A stretch of 64,000 bases of DNA from Cyanobacteria bacterium P01_A01_bin.123. GTDB taxonomy: Bacteria; Cyanobacteriota; Cyanobacteriia; Phormidesmidales; Phormidesmidaceae. The notes below the pieces were generated by a model. It saw only the letters and a program-made list of their open reading frames with translations. It ran no database searches and had not been told where the DNA came from. Below, piece after piece: positions 59,393 to 64,000 of this stretch (position 1 is its first letter; each line of letters opens with the position of its first letter). A program made the translations under genes and the position numbers. The DNA is taken from assembly GCA_039815185.1 (NCBI GenBank), contig JBCBZT010000015.1:74403-138402 (forward strand), read 5' to 3'.

Positions 59393-59854
59393 ATGACTTC
59401 AGTCATTACTAAAACAGGCTCAGCAGGGTGATCCAGACGCGATCGCAGCCCTGATGAATCGTAACGTGGGCCATCAAAAGGCCCACGTTTGCATTCGTTG
59501 CCAGAATGCACAGTACAAAATAAGGGCAGTGCGATACCCGTTTGGGTGATTCCAACCGGATGGACGATTGGCTTGTTGTTATTGATTGTGTTGGGGGTTC
59601 GAGCAGTCAGTGGGACTGAAGTTCTATCCAGTCATACCGAAGCAATTTCCCCGGGTGTTTTGGTAACCGATATTACCCAAGCTAGGCAGCCAGAAACAGC
59701 CTCAACGGTTAGAGTCGCTTGTGTACATTATGCCTATGAGATTGAGGAAGCAGACGGTTGGCCTTCTGAATTTGCGGGTCAAACAGTGGCTTGGCATAAT
59801 CCAAAATTTATTTTAGCTTCCAGTGCGGAAAAGCATTCATGGTGCTGTATCTAA
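59393..59854 (+). pseudogene. Probable frameshifted gene remnant
   Basis: LLKQAQQGDPDAIAALMNR segment is out of frame with both its ATG and the downstream TM-containing frame. Confidence 0.45.
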
Positions 59855-59923
59855 TCCTGGTCTGCATGATGCATCGCACTGCTAACCGGGTGCCCTCATC
59901 TGTATCTTTTACGCGCTTTAGTT

Positions 59924-60532
59924 ATGCTGCCCCTAGCCACCAGTTTGCAGGTCTTGCTATTTACCCACATGGTTCTAGTGCTCCGCTATGGCATTTCTCT
60001 GCGGGGTAATGGCTTAGAAATTCTGCTGCTCATTGCCACGATTGTGCTTAGCATTCAGGCGTTATTTAAGGTCTCGTTTAAGCGATCGCCCCGGTGGCTC
60101 AAAGGCTTATACATCGCTAACTGTATTGGGTTGCTTCCCCTTTGGCTGACCGCCACCATCATGGGGTTTTGTATTCATGGAACTCCGATAGTCGGCACAT
60201 TCGATGCCCCCAGCGGTACCCGCATCACCTTAAAACAACATATCGGGTTGTTGGGCTGCTCTGTTCGCCCTTATATCATTCAGGGTGTGGTCGAGCGTCG
60301 TATCTACCATGAAGACAACTATGTTTTTTGCGCCCTCGCCTTTACCGAATCAAAACCGATAGAAGTCGTGCGCTGGAGTCCTAATGAAACTCAACTCATT
60401 TTGACTATCGACCAGGAAGATTACACCTTTGAGGTCGCACCTGAAACGGCACCCTCAAATTTGCGACTAGAGCAACCCCGCTCGGCAACGCAACCGACTC
60501 GTCAGCTTCTATACCCACATAAATCAGTTTAG
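59924..60532 (+). CDS. Hypothetical membrane protein
   Basis: Three hydrophobic segments and a soluble C-terminus. Confidence 0.55.
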   Translation: MLPLATSLQVLLFTHMVLVLRYGISLRGNGLEILLLIATIVLSIQALFKVSFKRSPRWLKGLYIANCIGLLPLWLTATIMGFCIHGTPIVGTFDAPSGTRITLKQHIGLLGCSVRPYIIQGVVERRIYHEDNYVFCALAFTESKPIEVVRWSPNETQLILTIDQEDYTFEVAPETAPSNLRLEQPRSATQPTRQLLYPHKSV

Positions 60533-61308
60533 CGGTGTGCCTTACTAACTTGTTGACGTGGTGCCTTGCTAACTTGCTGGAGGAATGCAAGCCAAATAAA
60601 TGGTGGGATAGTGGTCCAGTAACGTTTCCACAACCGCTTTGGCTCCTGAATTAATCTGTAAAACCACTCTAAGCCACTGTCTCGAATCCATTTTGGCGCA
60701 TGCTTTTTGAGCCCTGCATAGACCGGAAATACGCCACCGACGCCCACCATCACAGATTGAATTTTGCCGTGATGATCAGCCATCCAGCGCTCCTGCTTTG
60801 GGCAGCCCAGGGAAATGAATGTCAGCCCAGCACCGCTACGATTGACACGTTCAATCAAGGCTGCATCTTCAGTTGTGGTTAAGGGACGAAACGGCAAAGA
60901 CTCTGCCCCAGCCAATTTCAGGTTGGGGAACTCCTCTTGCAATCGTGCCTGCATGTCAGCAAGCACATCTTCGGTTGAGCCCAGAAGGTAAATACTAATG
61001 TTGTCATCAGTGGCTTGGCGACACAGCGACACGAAAATATCCATGCCTGCGACCCTATCTTGATGAGCTGCTCCTTGCAAACGCATTATCCAGACGAGTG
61101 GCATTCCATCTGGCGTCACTAGATCAGCGTGTTCTAAAACTGAGCGTAAATCACTATGCCAATGCGACTCCATCATCATGTGAACGTTAGCCACACAAAC
61201 AACCCGACTCAAGCCGTGCTTGGCCCAATCCACCATGACCCTCATTTGGTTTTCGAATGGAAGGGCTGTCACTGGGGTACCCGTTACCTCAATTGTAGGA
61301 AGTCGCAT
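60529..61308 (-). CDS. WecB/TagA/CpsF family glycosyltransferase
   Basis: VTPDGMP, RVAG.D, SLGCPKQE, GVGG, GLEWFYRL.QEP.RLW.RY. Confidence 0.95.
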   Translation of the reverse strand: MRLPTIEVTGTPVTALPFENQMRVMVDWAKHGLSRVVCVANVHMMMESHWHSDLRSVLEHADLVTPDGMPLVWIMRLQGAAHQDRVAGMDIFVSLCRQATDDNISIYLLGSTEDVLADMQARLQEEFPNLKLAGAESLPFRPLTTTEDAALIERVNRSGAGLTFISLGCPKQERWMADHHGKIQSVMVGVGGVFPVYAGLKKHAPKWIRDSGLEWFYRLIQEPKRLWKRYWTTIPPFIWLAFLQQVSKAPRQQVSKAHR

Positions 61309-62557
61309 AGGTGTAACTCTCTATACAAAATGTTTTCTATTCCTATTTCCAATGCCGTCGAATTTCTCGAACGACTTACAAAGGTTAAAGTTAATACTTG
61401 CAGGGATTAAGGCTAATCAATAGCAACATACTTGTCACAACATGAGGATAAAATTGACGACAAACATACATAGATTAGAACTCAAGTACTATAACCACCG
61501 TATCATAGTTTTAAGTAGATATACCAATATAAAAACTGCAACCAACTTTCTTTCGCTGATTAAAGCAGTATGCCAACTATCTTAGAAAGCAGGGGACTGC
61601 AACTTCACGGGAAATTTATAATCACCTTACAGAGCACAGATAGTTTTCTAGGAAAGGTGTCTGGCACTCGCCTCAGGTATGTGTGCGTTTTGATATGCGG
61701 GCTCGTATACAGATGAGGAACTCAATATTTGCCTGATGGCAACCCATGCGCCAGATGTCCGAGCTGGCTTTTCATGCAACCCATCGCATATTACGGGCAA
61801 CACTTACCATTTTCTACACCTCCTTGTAGATATTGACACAACCTTCATGCGTAACCAATTACTGCAAAAATGAGATTTTGCTCCTCAATAGGATCTCCTG
61901 AAACCCTTGCAGCTTATGGATCTTCTAAATAATGGTTTAGGAGGTCTAGCCTCAGCAACTTTCAATAAGGGTCATAGATAGGAGTTGATCATGAGCAATG
62001 GCCAGCCCAACAAAACGAATGCTGAGCGTGATTGAAAACTCCTGTCATTAAAGGTTTTTGGGAATTTTGATGCTCGACGGCCAAGGCTTGTGACAGTTGC
62101 TAACCACTTTTCTAAGGATCCCTGCGACTCCGTCTATTTACTTAAAGCATTGGTGAACTTTAGCTTGAAGGACTGCCCGTCACTAACCATAATCACTTAG
62201 ATATACGGTAAGCGCAGGCACATGAACGCCTACTGATAGTGGGTTGTCAGCTCATTGCGGCTTTTTCTAATGAGATCAGGGTTAGCGCATGCTTATGCAG
62301 TTGATAAGTTTCTTCATCGCCAATCGTCTACTTGATTTTTGAATTGAAGGTGTTTCTTATGAGGTTTGTTCACGCCTAAGGCTCTCTAAGAAGTAAGCTT
62401 CTACCTGGAAGTGAAGCGCCTTAGTTAGATATCAAAATCCAAGCTTAATGATGATTTACTGCGCCAAACTTTATTGGATGCACTGGTTCGTGTGTCCGAT
62501 TTTTTTGATTGAGCGATCCCTAGTTCTTTGCAGGTATTTTCTTTGAGAGTTGCTGAT

Positions 62558-64000
62558 ATGAAAGCTATCAATCATCTAGATTTAAAACAGCTTGTTAACG
62601 ACACCCAGGTCGCATCGAAAATATCTAATGAAATCCAGCAATTGTGGGATAGCTGCTCTTGTGATGTAGCCAACCTAGTCTTCATTGACGCCGATGTGGA
62701 AGACAAGGAGGTTTTGCTGCATGGGCTCCTTCCAAGCTATCAAGCTGTCATCCTCTCTGCTGATCAGGATGGTGTTGAGCAAATCACTTATGTGCTATCT
62801 GAATTTAAGGACGTTGAAAGCATTCATATTGTTTCTCATGGTAGCCCGGGAACCTTATTTTTAGGCTCAACCCAACTCGATCTTGGCGTAATTAGTCGAT
62901 ATCAAGATCAGTTGAAAGGTTGGTCAGACGCTTTATCGGCTAACGCGAAAGTTCTTCTGTATGGATGTCGGGTTGCAGAGGGATCAATTGGCTCAGCATT
63001 TGTTCAGCGATTGCATGAGGTGCTTGGGGCCGCGATCGCAGCCTCCACTACTCCTATAGGACATCCGAATAAAGCTGGCAACTGGCAACTTGATGCACAG
63101 ATGGGTGTCGTCAAGTTCTCTCCTGCTTTCAAACTTGAAGCGATGCAAAACTTTCCTGGAACCTTGCAGAATTTAGACTTATCGACTGGCGATATAAATC
63201 ATCCATTTGGGGATGGGGCTGAAAGTGCAGGTTCGGCATCTTCTGCAGCCTCTCTACTCGATTCCTCAGAATCAGGTCCAAATCTCCTGTTTGTCGATGC
63301 TGCCGTTGATGACTACCAGAGTTTGCTCGATTCTGTCACTGAAGAGACTGAAGTTTTTATTTTGAATGAACAATTAGATGGGATTACTCAAATCTCATCT
63401 ATTTTGGCTAACTATTCCAATGTTTCTAGTCTTCAGATAGTTTCTCATGGAGCATCTGGCTCTTTGCAGCTGGGTTCTAGCACTGTTAGCTCAGGCAACT
63501 TAGGTGAGTATCAAGATGAGCTAACGGGTTGGTCTCAATTTCTAAATAGTGAAGCTGATATCTTGCTTTATGGTTGCGATGTTGCCCAAGGTGAGATAGG
63601 TCAAGGTTTTGTAGCGCAATTGAGCATCTTAACTGGTGCCGATATTGCAGCTTCCAACGATTTAACCGGATCTACTACCCTTGGTGGTGACTGGGATTTA
63701 GAAGTTGTCATGGGGGTAATTGAAACTGAGACCAGCTTTAGCCAACAGGGCTTGGATGAGTACGTAGGTCTCCTGGAGACATTAGTCGTAACCAATCAGG
63801 CAGACGATAGCATATCTCTCTATGCCACCAATGGTCTGGGTGGTTTTGAACCGCCTACCACCTTTAGCGTAGGTGGAACCAGCCCCACGACCGTGGTACT
63901 GGGTGACATCAATGGTGATGGCCTGGAAGACGCGGTTACCACCGATGAAGGCTCCAACTCCATCTCGCTTCTGATTAACGATGGGGCTGGCGGCTTCCTA
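62558..64000 (+). CDS. Large surface protein: two DUF4347 domains then FG-GAP-like repeats; runs off window end
   Basis: Read by eye, open to the end: LVFIDADV..HIVSHGSPG..LLYGC, LFVDAAV..IVSHGASG..LLYGC..GGDWDLE, then GDINGDGLED. Confidence 0.88.
   Translation, partial: MKAINHLDLKQLVNDTQVASKISNEIQQLWDSCSCDVANLVFIDADVEDKEVLLHGLLPSYQAVILSADQDGVEQITYVLSEFKDVESIHIVSHGSPGTLFLGSTQLDLGVISRYQDQLKGWSDALSANAKVLLYGCRVAEGSIGSAFVQRLHEVLGAAIAASTTPIGHPNKAGNWQLDAQMGVVKFSPAFKLEAMQNFPGTLQNLDLSTGDINHPFGDGAESAGSASSAASLLDSSESGPNLLFVDAAVDDYQSLLDSVTEETEVFILNEQLDGITQISSILANYSNVSSLQIVSHGASGSLQLGSSTVSSGNLGEYQDELTGWSQFLNSEADILLYGCDVAQGEIGQGFVAQLSILTGADIAASNDLTGSTTLGGDWDLEVVMGVIETETSFSQQGLDEYVGLLETLVVTNQADDSISLYATNGLGGFEPPTTFSVGGTSPTTVVLGDINGDGLEDAVTTDEGSNSISLLINDGAGGFL

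Larger units (their letters stand above)
1..64000. repeat. HIP1 octamer GCGATCGC dispersed across window
   Basis: Dozens of occurrences in coding and non-coding DNA. Confidence 0.95.

Noticed and set aside
60529..60580. QQVSKAPR/QQVSKAHR duplication at the glycosyltransferase C-terminus
   Set aside because: Short tail duplication outside the catalytic domain
62200..62225. ops/JUMPstart-like ACGGTAAGCGC
   Set aside because: Poor match to GGCGGTAG and no supporting flanks
167..63795. Numerous short ORFs antisense to or nested in the called genes
   Set aside because: Shadow frames without recognisable motifs or RBS

Overview
Chromosomal window of a filamentous cyanobacterium. Evidence: the HIP1 octamer GCGATCGC recurs throughout, and rbcL-rbcX-rbcS, fraC-fraD-fraE, cyanobacteriochrome GAF domains and a PEP-CTERM gene are present. 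Osmoprotectant systems hint at a saline habitat. Most genes are housekeeping or transport (pgm/pmm, fghA, sdhB, M17 peptidase, mfd, pgi, pstSCA, devBCA, an Opu/Osm-type ABC importer). Two loci stand out. (1) A short threonyl-tRNA synthetase lacking its N-terminal editing region sits behind two tandem, mutually homologous Thr-rich leader-peptide attenuators and a sigma70-like promoter (34883-36619). (2) A GluR0-like K+ channel carries an extra N-terminal ProX-type betaine-binding domain and has lost the canonical amino-acid-binding Arg in its S1S2 domain (7140-9251). Also seen: a 105-bp dispersed structured repeat with compensatory base changes, MITE-like elements, a candidate sRNA, unannotated small proteins and a degenerate histidine-phosphatase paralogue. 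No rRNA, tRNA, CRISPR array or transposase was recognised. All calls come from reading the sequence; no database searches were run.
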